The notes below the pieces were generated by a model. The model worked only from the letters and a program-made list of their open reading frames with translations. It was not told the DNA's origin and made no database searches. A stretch of 64,000 nucleotides of DNA from Callorhinchus milii (taxonomy: Eukaryota), in NCBI RefSeq assembly GCF_018977255.1, contig NW_024704742.1:7008001-7072000 (forward strand). Direction: 5' to 3'. Positions 12,491 through 25,288 of this stretch are shown piece after piece. The translations under genes were made by a program, and so were the position numbers. How positions within the stretch are numbered: the first letter of the stretch is position 1; each line of letters opens with the position of its first letter.

Positions 12491-15400
12491 GTTAATATTT
12501 AAACCTTTCTTCAAAGATTATGCTCTAAATGGGTGGGGGGGCTAGGACTCTGGTATTTGAGTTTCGAGTTTTTGCACTTTACTTAAGGCCATCTGGTCCT
12601 AATGATCCTCAGCAAATAGATTAAGTTTAATCACGACTGCGGAAAAAATTCTATTCACAAACTATCTGTGTTGTGTCTGTCAACAATGTCCATTCCTGAA
12701 AGCGTTTTATTCAACTTCTGGAAAGCTCGGGTGAGACTCCTGGGAATTTGGTGGCAATCGGTTCAAACTCTTGTGTGCTCATGTGAAAAGTGAAACAACT
12801 GCAGAAGAGCATGTGGAAATACTTTGAATAATAATTTTACACCTGGTTCTACAGTCGATTCCTAAATAGAGAATGCTGCCTCTGAGTTAACCTTCAGTGA
12901 GCGGCTTTGCCAGCACTGGCTTATTGGTGACAATTACCTGGTGAAATCCGAAGCCCAGAGACCATCACGTTATCAGTTTCAATTTGAGTGGGCTACCAAG
13001 CAACAGAACCTCCGTCAACGTAATAACCGAGACAGAGAGAATCCGTCTGAAATGCTGGTGGACTTCTCAAGGGACCAGCATTACGCACGTCATCAAACAC
13101 TGCAAGTGGGGAGTTTAAGAGAGCGAGTGCTTCACTGCATCTACTCTATGGTGTACTCAGCCTGTGATTCACGGGGCATTAAGTAGAAACCTTTTCCATT
13201 CCTCGGCACTGTCGTCCATCTCTTTCATGAAAATAAATGCCCACTGAAAAAGACGACAATAAAACACTGTTCTTTCAGTGACGGCTGGCTTGTGTTGCTG
13301 CCACCTGGCAGGGGCTGTCTATCAAAGTGGAGCCTGTCAATCTGTGCATTACTGTCAACGTATTCTCTCTCACTCTCTCTCTCTCTCTCTCTCTCTCTTT
13401 GTGTTACGCACCCGATGTTGAGGAGCTCATCACTGACACACTGCAGATGGATTTCCCTGATCCTACACTAGCTCAATGTTAGTTGAAACCACATTTGGAA
13501 TTAGTGCAATATACGAGTAACATGTTAAAACAACCAAAAGGGCATCGCAGTAGACTACAATCAGCCGAGAACCTCAGGCAATGTAACCCACACAACCCAG
13601 ACATAAGAGGTTCTTTCACCGTCCAGCCTCAAAATCTTTCAATACCAATTTCCTTTTACAGCACACTCCAGGGATTTTAAATGGCAAGGATTTCTGGAGC
13701 GCAGAGGCTATAAATATTGAATAGCAGATTGCTCGTAATAAAACCCTTATTATTCTCCATTCTCCTTGGGCCACACGACTGGTAATGAGAATGGTTTACA
13801 AACAATGTGCGTCCTCGGAAAGAAAAAATATCAATCGGTTTTCGAAGCAAAAAAAAAATCTCTTGCAAACAAAATCCCTTCTAAAAGCTCTGATTTATGT
13901 TGAGGTTTTGTTCCTTGGTCACCCTCTTGTACCTAACCCAAGGGGGTCTCATTCACACACTGGTCCGAGTCCAAGCAGTGAGTTTAGCTGTCTAGGCAAC
14001 ACAACTGCGCCGATCTTTCCCTCCACCGCTCCCCCACCCCACACCCGCCCGCAGCCCCTAAAATTACAGCTCGTCTTAGGTTCAAGACAATTGTCAGAAA
14101 AATGAAGATGATGCAAAATGTTGAAAAAGTCTTAACTTTATATGTATATATATATATATATAATATGAATAATATATTCACACAGGTCTTTTTAAGAACT
14201 GTGAAAACCAGCTTCCAAACTGAGACTATGTTAAAGAATTTTGAATTCTGAACTATATTACATTTGAAGGAAAATGGTATTAAGGCTAAGAGGAATTCTG
14301 AGCTGATATCTACACACATGCACAGGACAGAGGCAGAAATCTTGGCTGATTTTCCCTTCCCCATCTGAGTGCCACTGAGCACAATTGCTGTGCCCCCAAC
14401 TGCTCCCTTGGCTGAGATCGGCTAACTATGTACAGATCTGGCATCAAATCCGTGGCTCCAGGCAGTGGCCTTACTGATAGAGCTATCAGGAAAGCTCTAC
14501 AAAACTGTGCTTTATTTTGACAACTGCACAACCCTGATAGCAAGCTCCCACTGTTGCATTTTGTTAACAATCAAGCAGGATAAGCATAGCATTAAAGAAA
14601 TCCTTGTACTTTCCTTCCATTGTAGGCAACTATCTCTTTATAAACTTCAAATCGCACACGTCATTCACATGACGTGTGGCACAGCTGTTGTTTCTTCACA
14701 AAGACAAGTGCTGTCCATTGGTTTGGGCAACAGTGCAAGAACAGATTTCGTCTTGAGAAGATGCGCACACCACACTATCTGGAAGTGGCAGGCACCCAAG
14801 AAAGCTCCGTGACCAAGTTACTGAAGATGTAAGATCACAGCAGGCACCCAGCAAGCTTATACATCATCCAAACTCAAGAATTCTTAATAAAGCTTTGAAT
14901 AAGTAAACCCATTGCACATTTTCCCCAGATAAAATGCAAAATGTTTTCATTTGCACACGAGTGGAGGATCAGAGGAGTTGCCTGAAATCAATGAGAACTT
15001 TATCTTTTTATAACTCAGTTTTGCCGACCACCTTTTACTTGTTAAAGATGGTGCAGGGTACTGCTAATTTAATCTGAATGTTGCCCTGACATTTTTGAAT
15101 TAAAACAGGAGAAAAGTCAAAAGGTCAGACCAAAGTTCTAATTTCATTAGAGGAAACCTGCATAGTATCCTTCATGATACAGCATTAAAATGAAGATAAT
15201 AATCCTTAAAAGTCCTTGCATTTGGTATAGTGTATAGCTGCCTTTCACATCTGGAGGATGGCCCAAAGAGTTTGTAGGATTGTTACTGTGAAGTGAAGTG
15301 ACTGTGTATTTGTAGGCGATACATGGCAACCGAATTGCACACAGCAATATCCACAAACATCCATGAAAAGGAATGATTAATTTCAGTGTCTTAACAAATG

Positions 15401-15739
15401 GACAGAGAAATACTAACTTACAGGTCGCATTAGTATTCATTCGACTTCGACCCTACCTTGATATAGGAATAAAAAGCTTGGGAAGTTTACTTATAAAAAT
15501 GAATGCTTATTAATTCAACTCTTCTTTAACATCTGTTAAAACACTGACTGCACAATAAGTGATTATAGTTTAGGTTTTCCTCTGAGGAGGCAGTAACTCC
15601 ACCTGCCCAACCCTTGCATATTCCAGTAATGACAGGAACCGGCAGATTAAAATATTCAAATGTCTGGACTCCTATTATGGATCAGTGGGAAAACACACAT
15701 TTTGGTGTGTCAGTCAGACCATATCTGGAAAGAGTTAAC

Positions 15740-15960
15740 TGGAGTAGTCTTAAGGGGGCAAATTATTGGCTTTAGGGTTCCCTTGAGCTAAGGAGATGAA
15801 AAAAAATCACCCAAAAGGTTCTCAATCGCTAGGCAGTGAAACGTGTGTGGAGACATGATTCAGTCTCATGTTGATACTCCATCCATAGTCAAACAGCCTG
15901 GTGCCTCACTGTCGAGGTTAACTCACGACAAACAGCCCATGTAGGACCATGTTTAATACT
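15740..15960 (+). mobile_element. Old Deu-domain-type (SacSINE1-like) SINE relic; similar relics near 14330-14460 (-), 26040-26140 and 46770-46830
   Basis: Shared ATTGGCTT(C/T)AG...CTA(A/G)GGAGA..AAAA motif among copies; family assignment from memory of shark SINE consensus sequences. Confidence 0.4.
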
Positions 15961-16377
15961 AGTAACTGAGGAACATTTACTTAGGGAAAAAATTAGTGGC
16001 GTATCACTCAGGGCTGTTATTGTGGACCTCAAAAAACTGAGCGTGGAAACCTCGTAACTGCTGGGTTGCCCCAGTGACAGCCGTGTGTGAATCTGGACAC
16101 CAGGCCATTTGACCGTGTCTGCATCCTGACATCCATTCGCCGACACTTCACTGAGGGAGGTCACTGATAGAGACCAGGATTAGGAACGCCTTTCGATGAC
16201 TTTTCTCTCTTCTAACTCAAGGGACCCCAAGGCCAATTCTATTCCGTCCTCCCACCCACCCATCCACCAAGTGCTGCTCCCACGAATGCAGCCCAGAGCA
16301 CAGATTCAACGGGGGAGCCTCCTTGGTTTGTGCAATGGTACAGGAGGGTTAAATGAAAGAAACTGGTGTGAAACCCA

Positions 16378-16615
16378 TGATCAGTTGGTAGCACTCCCGC
16401 TCTGAAGCAGAAGGTTGCGGGGTTCAAGCCCCACATTGGGATTCGGAACTCAGTCTTGTCAGATTTTCCAATACAATGCTGGAGGTCCCCTGCGCTGTTC
16501 GATGTGCCATCCTTCAGATGAGATTTTAAACCTGTTCTGTTCCGCCTGTTCAGGTGGACAATCCCGTGCCATTATTCGGAAAAATCAAATGCAAGGATTA
16601 TTATTATTATTATTA
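16378..16615 (+). mobile_element. LF-SINE-like relic
   Basis: CAGTTGGTAGCACTCCCGC..AGAAGGTTGCGGGTTCAAG; CAGATGAGA..CCTGTTCAGGTGGA. Confidence 0.65.
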
Positions 16616-17002
16616 CGAAATAACAATGAATTAAATTAAATAGAAACATTTGCTTAAACCAGCCCACATGTAGAACACTGGATAACCCAAAGGGTTACTA
16701 GGCCATCTGTTATCTGTTCATGGTTACCAGGATTCACCACAGTCAGTACATGTTACAGAGGGAACAGACAACTACACCACATTTGAAGGGTTGGGATAGA
16801 TTAGAAACCACAAGAGTCACAAAAGCAGCTGACGAAGGTCATTCAAAACCCATGATTGAATCCTGCCCTCAGCACAGCTCCCAGACAATTTAAATTGTTT
16901 AGAATGCACACAGCCTTCTGTTCATTTTGGCTTCAGGAAACTTCACTACTTTTGAGGTTTGCCTTTGGAGTTCGTACTTTGGATTGCCATAACTATCTTC
17001 TT

Positions 17003-17135
17003 ACAATTGGCTGCCGCGTTTGCCCACAAATATACAGTCAATTCACTTTACAGTGTGTTCTGTGAAGCGCTTTGGGACGTCCCCCCGACGTGAAAAGCGC
17101 TATATCAAATGCAAGGATTATTATTATTATTACTA
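17003..17135 (+). mobile_element. tRNA-SINE subfamily B 3' fragment
   Basis: Tail GGGACGTCCCCCCGACGTGAAAAGCGC plus (ATT)n. Confidence 0.88.
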
Positions 17136-19148
17136 CTGTCAGCTACTGCTGTTACAGCCACTCAGCATTGCTATACAGCTTTGTATCACACCACAGAATG
17201 TGTGTGTGTGTGTGTGCATTTTACGAGAAAATAAATCACTGTGTGGTTTTCTTACAAGTGTTGCAATTACAAAAAACTTGCACTTTTTTTGCTCGGTGAC
17301 AATACACTCTCTATTTTTCTCGTCACCACTACTTGTAATGCTTTTGACAATGGAATTGTCAAACTATAATTGGAAAATCCCAGTCTAAGCACTCGTCATT
17401 AAAGAAGCTGCACTTAGCGGTCAAAGAAATTTCACTCCCTTTCATATGGTTAAATATATTTCACAAACCCAGAGAGTGTGAATAATGTGACACTTTCATA
17501 GTATTGGCTTTTGATTGCCTGATAATCAATACTCTAAAAGCCTCAGAAGGCAATGAACAGAGCACTGAGGAACGTAAAGAATTCTGGAAAGATAATTTCC
17601 TGGCAAGAAGTAGAAACACTGTGCAGCCCTGCTATAAAATACAATTTTTGTTATAGTGTTGGAATTTTATGGATCCTAACCTCCGTGATATCCTGGGGCT
17701 GCACTGAAATTCAAATATCCCCTGCAACATGTTCCACAAGACCTCAGTTTAATGAATTTTGGATGAGACATTAAACCTGAGTGTTAGCTATCTGCTTCAG
17801 GTGGGTGCTACAGTTCCCATCAGAATAGTCTGCTAGAGAAGGGTGTTTCTTCTGGTGTTCTGGCCATCAAAGCATCCAGATAAATTACTCATTCACTTCA
17901 TAGTTGTTTGTGGGACTTCACTGGTGCAAATAACTGCCACATTGATTTTTTTTTAAAAAAAAGCAGTCATTTCTTGACCGCAATGAATTGCGAAACATCT
18001 TGAGACACTTCAAAAAGATAAAAGATTCTAAATTGTTACCTCGAACTCCTTATTGTGTAGCACTTCCAACACACAACACCGCCTCAATGCCACAAGCTTC
18101 TGAGCTTCCCTCAGTCAGTGCTGAACAGACTTAAAAATAACCTTTGTACAACATGTAAATTTGCGTTGGGAAGTTCTTCCCATCCTTTAAACCGTACTAT
18201 GTGGGAATAAGATTTTCGTTAGTCATGAAAGTGAACGTTGCAGTTCACTTCATTTCCAGAACAACAACAACAACAACAACAACTTGCATTTATTTAGTAG
18301 CGAATCCGAGACCTTAACAGCGGTGTGGCTTCATGACAGGCGGGAAAGGGAGGGGAGGTGACCAAAGGCAACAGCAAAGAAGAAAGTCTTCAGCTGCGAT
18401 TTGAAGACAGGCAATGGGGGGACAAGACGGAGGATTGAGCCTGGGAGTTCGAGAGATTCAGTACCACATCGCAGGTTGTGCGTTCATTCACTATTGTGTT
18501 GTCATTTACACATTACAGATCCAAGATGTTTACATACTGAAATACGTCAATATTCTTGCAGTGTACTTAAATTTTACGAAGGCTACTTGAAAGGAACTGT
18601 TGACCCGATATACTCAGTGGGTTTCTCGTGAACAAAAACCTCTGGACTGCACATTAGTGAATTAACCAAACTACAAAGCTCAGATGTAAAATACTGGAGT
18701 AAGGTTTTTGGTGTTTCATAGTGCTTTTTTCCTCTTGTTAATTAACATAAGAAATGCATTATAAAATGCCACAAGCTCTATCTCACTCTCATAAAATTTG
18801 TAACAGGAAACCCAGTGCAGAATATTGCTTCATTAATGGTGAGAAACTGGAATTCTGTTAGCCAATTTTGCAGAAATAAATGAGGATCATGGAAATAATC
18901 ATACAACAGACTCACTCACAGCCACATTAGAATTCCCCTTAACTTCAAACTACAGCGGTTTTTATGAATGTGCTCTTGAAATCTCTAAAAGGAAAGTCGT
19001 AACGATGTGGAAAGTTATATGTTTAATAAAAAACCCATCTCCTCAAGGCTGACAAAGTACTAAATGTATTTTTTTTCCCCCCAAGCCTTATAATCTGCAC
19101 TCAGCCAATTCAAAAAATAACATCAGAATTGTATTCATATTCACCTAC

Positions 19149-22037
19149 CTCTGCTTTTTGTGTTCTGGGCAAACTGGCGGATTTCTCAATTGCATAAACA
19201 TCCACAAGGTACAGGTTTGGACCTCGTTCTCGATCCAGCACAGCCGCTGTTTGGATGATACCACTCTGACGTCCTATGGTGAAGAGGCGTTCAGCAGATT
19301 TTCCGCTGCAACGAACTGAAACTATGTAATACTCCACGACTGCCGAAGACCCTCTTGGACTCGCTGCATCTAAGGAGATCACACTGGTACCCACAGGCTC
19401 CCCTTCGCGTACAATGGTGATATATTTTGCCTTGGAAAAGACTGGACCATCTGTACCCTGTAGGATGACAGTCAGCTCAGTGCTGGTTGTCTTTCTCTCT
19501 GGTCCAAGGTCCACGGCCGACACGACTAGGTGGTATGTGAGCTTGGAAGGAACCAAAGGTGCAATCACTCTAATATCACCGTTATAGCGATCGATCATAA
19601 AGGTCTCACTGTCTCCGCTGACCAATTCGTACTCGACTTCTCCGTTAGCTCCTTCATCTGGGTCTACAGTCACGATGGTCGTAAGAATGGAGCCCATTGC
19701 AACGGAGCTGTCTGTAACCAAAGCATTCTGCGATACAAAAATCGGAGCATTGTCGTTTTCGTCAGTGACTAAGATGGTGACGTTCTTCAAGGCAAAGCGT
19801 CTGAAATCTGCCGGAACTGCTTGATCGATAGCCTTTATAGTGAGCTCAAACAGATTGGAAAATTCACGATCAATCTCCGCGTTGGTGCGCAGGGTCCCAT
19901 CCAGGGGATTGATCTGAAAATGGTTTCCTCTTGGCACCTGTTGAGCTATGCAATATTGCAACTTTCCATTGATGTCAGCGTCAGGATCCCGAGCGGTGAT
20001 TGTCAACACAGAGGTGCCGATGGGGACATTTTCCACAATGGGCTTAAAAATATCTTCGGGGGGAAAACTTGGTGGATTATCATTAAAGTCTCTAACGTGA
20101 ATCACCATCGACATGGTGGAGGATCTGGGTGGCCTTCCGTTATCTTTTGCTGTTACATTCAAGTAGTAGACGGACTGAGTTTCAAAGTCCAGCTTTTTAA
20201 CAAGGAAGATGCTACCTGTATTGTGGCTAATGCTGAAGGTGCCATGATTCTTACTCCCTGTGATACCGTAATGGATCTCAGCATTGTCCCCTGAGTCGGA
20301 ATCGGTGGCAGTCACAGACACGACCAGCTCTCCAATTCTCATGTTTTCTAATGCGTCAACGTGCAGCACGGACTTAGGGAATGAAGGAGTGTTGTCATTT
20401 TCGTCCAGGACACTGATGATTAAACTACACGTGGAGCTCAGTGGTGCGCTCCCCAAGTCTTTCGCTAAGAGCTTCAGAGAATAAGAAGCCGTCGCTTCAT
20501 GGTCCAGCTTTCCTACCAATGTCACGTGTCCACTGGTCCTCTGAATGTTAAACTGATCTTCTTCGTTGCCTTCAATGATATAATAATGGACCAAGCCATT
20601 GTTTCCCTCGTCGACATCTGAAGCGCTGACACGCAACACTTGTGTCATGTTTACAGCTGATTCGGAGATAGTGGCCTGGTAAAGATCTTTAGTAAATCTG
20701 GGTGGGTTGTCATTCTTATCCTGGATATAGATTTGGACAGTGGCATGGTCCTGGAGAGATTTTGGCAATCCTTGGTCTGATGCGATTGCTGTGAAGCTGA
20801 AAACTGCAGCCCCTTTCTGCCTCATTAGAGCCTCTCTGTCGAACGGAAGTACACTGGTGATTTCCCCAGTGACAGTGTTCAACTCGAAGTCAGGCTGAGG
20901 CGTCTCAAGCGCATACTTCACGTCACCGTTCGGTCCGAAATCTTTGTCCACCGCGACGACGTGACCCACTGATGAACCGGCTTCCTTTCCCTCTTCAAAA
21001 TAAAATACATAATTAGTGCTGTTGAACAGGGGCCTGTTGTCGTTTACATCTTCCAATATTATTGTAACATTCACAGTGGCGTTCAGAGCCTCCACGGCTC
21101 TGTCTGCAGCAACAACCAACAGGACGTAGCAATCTTGGGTCTCTCGGTCTAATTCCATCTTTATGTACAGCTGTCCGTCTGGGAAGATACCAAACTTGTT
21201 GTCCCCGTTTCCTTTTGCGATATCGTAGGTCACCTCTCCGTTCACTCCCGAGTCTTTGTCGGAGGCCTTGACTTTGAAGAACCTGGAGTTCACAGGTTCG
21301 GCCTCTGAAAGTGTGATTTCATATGAAAGTTGGTCAAATACGGGTGGATTATCATTCACATCGTGCACGTACACAGTCAGGATTAAGCTCGATGTCCGCC
21401 TGGGTACACCCATGTCAGATGCGAGTACCTCGACCTGGTACGAACCTGTATTTACATCGAGAGGTCCGGTTAACGTTACCTTTCCAGTGTTCTCATTGAT
21501 GTGGAAAAGACCTTTGGGATTCTGTCGTAAGGAGAATGAAACTATGCCATTGACGCCTTCATCAGGATCCTCGACCCCAGCCTGGAAAATCGTGTGCCCC
21601 GCTCTCCAGTTTTCGACAGCATTAATATTTTCCACTGCGTGGGAGAAACGTGGGGAATTGTCATTCAGGTCTTTGACAGTGATGTTGACCAAAGTCTCCC
21701 CGGTCACAGCACCACCACTTGCTACGACTTTTAACTGATAAAATGCTAGCTCTTCTCTGTCTATGGTGCTGGCAGTATTAATTTGACCCGTTGTTCCATC
21801 AATTGTAAACATGCCTTTTTGATCACCTGAAGTGATAAGGTAAGTGATGTTGGTGTTAAGATCGAGTGTGGACGCAGACACTGTGCCAACAAGGGAACCA
21901 ATGCCAATGTTTTCAAAGATAACAAAACTGTAGCTGCTTTGACTGAATGAAGGAGGACTATCCTGGGTGTCAATGACAGTGATGGTAACAATCGCCGGTC
22001 TCTGGGAGCGAAGATTCCCTCCGTCCGTCGCCACGAC
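19149..22037 (-). CDS. FAT4: FAT4 second coding exon: end of cadherin repeat 7 to most of repeat 16 (2889 nt, 963 codons)
   Basis: Acceptor ttttggttgcag|GTC (AG at 22039-22038). Translation VVATDGGNL... continues ...KTAYQLQ in frame, matching mammalian FAT4 KTAYQLQIVATDGGNL as I recall it. Repeated DxNDN motifs. Ends ...PRTQKAE at donor GAG|GTAGGT (GT at 19148-19147), the position where I recall the mammalian giant exon ending. Confidence 0.96.
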
Positions 22038-22688
22038 CTGCAACCAAAAGACAACCAGAAACATTGGGGAGATGGGGAAAAAAGCACAACCACTCGACAA
22101 GCGAAAGCATTTAGCAGAACTGACTGAAAGAGATATTCAGTAACAAGAAAATGCTATAATTGGTATGAGTAGAACAATTAATTCATCTGTGATAATGTTC
22201 GAGTGATTAGATTTCATTAGAAGGAGCAATCAATGTGTGCAAACGGGGCTGACTATTTCGCTTGAAGCGTCTGTTTTGTAAATTATTGTGTAAGGTCTCT
22301 ACTTTGGCATAATTGTGTTTGTACTCTTAATTGTACTGAGGAACATTTTCTTTGCTGCACTGAATAACCAGAATGTTAATGAGTGTCTAATGAGATGGAC
22401 AGCACTCTATGTGAACGTGCTAATGTGATAGCTCATCATGTTTTCACTCTGTATTTCAAGTGGTATGTCATGACTGCTGGAAATGAAATAAAGGGTATTC
22501 AAATGCAAATTGCACTTTTTTTGTTGAGGACGAGATTGTTGTATTTTAATGATCTTTTCTCCACATTGCTCTGCTTGAGTTGCTTTACGCCAGGTATCAT
22601 CACAGGCAAAAGAGAAAGCTGTCAGCTTCAAAATGCCACTTTGAAACCAGACACAATAATAACCAGGCTGACTTCTTTCTGGGGTAAG

Positions 22689-22880
22689 TGATAATAATAA
22701 TAATCCTTGCATTTGATATAGCGCCAGATTACGTCTTTGAGACGTCTCAAAGCACTTCACATAATATAATGTAAAGTGAATTGACTGTATATTTTCTGGG
22801 CGAAACGTGCCAGCCAACTGCACACACCAGTGTCTCACAGACAGTTATGGAATGAAGTGACCAATTTATTATTATTATTA
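22689..22880 (-). mobile_element. tRNA-SINE subfamily A 3' fragment
   Basis: Family tail on the minus strand. Confidence 0.85.
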
Positions 22881-24351
22881 TTTGAAAAGCACCAGGCCTT
22901 TACTCAGTACATCCTCACAACAGCAACGTAGAGAGATCGGAAGATAGGAGGGGAGGGGGACAATTTCACTTGGGTCTCGATTCACTCAATTTCAGACTTT
23001 TCTAATTTCGGCAAATTATTCAATTCAGCCTTAATTTTGAACTTGGCTGTCTGCAAGTTCTTTTAAGAAATTGCAGACAAAACTGGCTTCAAAACTAAGC
23101 CTGGATTCAATGATTTACAAAATTCTGCATATTCTAAAAATGATACATAACTAGAGTACGTCTAGGTATTCCTTTACCAAGGTATTTGAGTGGGAATATC
23201 TTGCAGGAAGGGAAATTCTATTACTCACATCAACCGTACCCACAAGAACTCCACTCCAGTACTAGACTGCAATTGAAAGTGATTTGGTATGAGGAGCTTT
23301 GTTTCCCTATTATGTAAGCTCCTTAGAAATCACCACATATTGAACCACACTGTGGTGAGGAGTAGCAGTATTACAACAGAGACTGCAAAATACTGTCCAA
23401 TTTTTAATTGTTGTACTATTCCAAAATTAGTTCCAACAGTAATCTGCAAGGCCATTCAACTTGTACCCAGACGCCCTCAAAGTGCAAGGATTACTACTAG
23501 CTATTTTCACAAAATAATGTTGTACTTTGTGACTTTGACACCACCTTGAAGTTAAATTAAGAAGCCAAATTAAAAAGCAAAAAAAAAGCACCATATTGTC
23601 ACCCTCCGTGACAATGCTAACAAAATAATCAAATAGAGAGATTCGAATGAAACAACGTCTCCATTAAAAATGTTGCGAGACGTAACCCCATTTGAAGGGA
23701 ACTAGATAAATGCAAGTTGTTGTTGTTATTCCCCGTCTTGTGTTGCATTTATTAATTACTCAGCAAAACCTGCTGAGCCCCTAGTTTGACATCATCTGCA
23801 AATGCACCTAATCCAGATTGTACACGTGTACCAGGAAGAGGAATATCTCCTCTGATTGCAACTAATCCCAAATAAGACCTGGGATTGTGGGCATTGTAGG
23901 CATTTTATCTTCAAAATAACATTGGAGACTTCAGAAAAGGGAGGGAGGGTTGTGTAGACTATGGAAGGAGTGTGTTTGATGCCCAATAAGTTTTTTTTTT
24001 AAATGTCATGTTGTTTTATAGTCTTATGATCCAAGTGGTAATAATTTCCAGACCCACCTGCTGAAACGTGAATGACTGCATCAATTTTAAACAAAATCAT
24101 TAATCTGCTTGAATATTACAAAAAAGATTGAAAAGGACAAACTTGGAAACTGAAATGCCGTAATCAATTAATCTTTACTTACCCCAATATTTAAAACACA
24201 AAAATCAAATCTGTGATTTACACATTGGGTTTTACAAGATTTGAAATTATTTCCGTTTGAAATGAATGTTTATGTGGATTATAAACACATCATCGTAGTG
24301 CTGTGACAGGTCTATATATCTTTTTTTTCTTTTAAGTCTCTTTAAAGTTTA

Positions 24352-24770
24352 ATAATAACCCTTGCATTTGATATAGCGCCTTATCAAGTCTTCGAGACGT
24401 CTCAAAGCGCTTCACAGAATATACTGTAAAGTGAATTTACTGTTTATTTTGTGGGTGAAACACAGCATCCAATTGCGCGCAGACAGCAGTGTCCCACAAA
24501 CATCCACCTGGCTGCCTCCTCCTCCAACCCATGTCGCCTACCACCCCTACCCCATGCTTCCTTCCTCAACCTCTCCCCCTTACGACTCCTACCACACCCC
24601 CCACCCTCCCCACCTTCAAACACGCCTAAAGACCTTCCATTTTGATCGTGCTTACGGACACCTCACCCCTCCCTGTCCCCTTGGCTCGGGGTCAGACTTC
24701 GCCACTGTCAAGCGCTCCAAGACACCACTCCGCGTGAAGGGCGCTATATAAATGCGAGTTGTTGTTGCTG
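24352..24770. mobile_element. SINE 3' fragment (minus, 24352-24503) abutting an L2 3' fragment (plus, ~24504-24770)
   Basis: SINE tail, then C-rich L2 3' region ending GGGCGCTATATAAATGCGAGTTGTTGTT. Confidence 0.8.
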
Positions 24771-24959
24771 TTCACGTCAGAAGGGCATCGCAAAGCATTT
24801 AACACCCCGCTGGGGTTGGAAAGCAATTGAAGTGGGGAGGAGAAAGATGAACGAAAGCATGTTCGAACGAGGTGAGGCAGGGAGCAAATCAGAGGGACGC
24901 CAGTATGGAGCTCTCTCTCTCTCTCTCTGGTCTCGCTACCACCAGACCCCACGCATCGT

Positions 24960-25288
24960 GGAGTCCTGTAGCTCAGTGGTTAGAGCACTCGCTTTGCAAA
25001 AGAGAGACCTGAGCTCAATTCCAGGCACAGGGCGAAACCTTGGGCAAGTTTCCTTACTCCACACAGAGCCTAATAATAATCCCTCCAAAACCCCAAACAA
25101 TAATAAATTGGTCATTTTCAATCTACGACTGTTTGTGGGGCATTGCTGTGCGCAATTGGCTGCCGCGTTCGCCCACAAATATACAGTCAATTCACTTTAC
25201 AGTGTGTTCTGTGAAGCGCTTTGGGACGTCCTCCCGACGTGAAAAGCTCTATATCAAATGCAAGGATTATTATTATTATTATTATTAT
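24960..25288 (+). mobile_element. tRNA-SINE subfamily B, full length
   Basis: Head, short body and B-type tail with long (ATT)n. Confidence 0.92.

Larger units (their letters stand above)
1..19148 (-). other. FAT4: Part of the next FAT4 intron (no further FAT4 exon recognised)
   Basis: Follows the donor at 19148. The ORF track shows no further cadherin-like ORF; short exons could be missed by eye. Confidence 0.7.

Noticed and set aside
19020..19148. Intronic polyadenylation isoform after the second exon (read-through VGEYEYNSDVIF*, ATTAAA at 19027-19022)
   Set aside because: The donor is reasonably strong and such hexamers are common in AT-rich introns; no support without transcript data.
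22038..22100. Apparent signal-peptide-like N-terminus (MSSGCAFF...FWLQ) of the 996-aa ORF, suggesting a separate cadherin gene
   Set aside because: Starts at a non-ATG codon and is the polypyrimidine tract/acceptor read in frame; the protein continues from the upstream exon.
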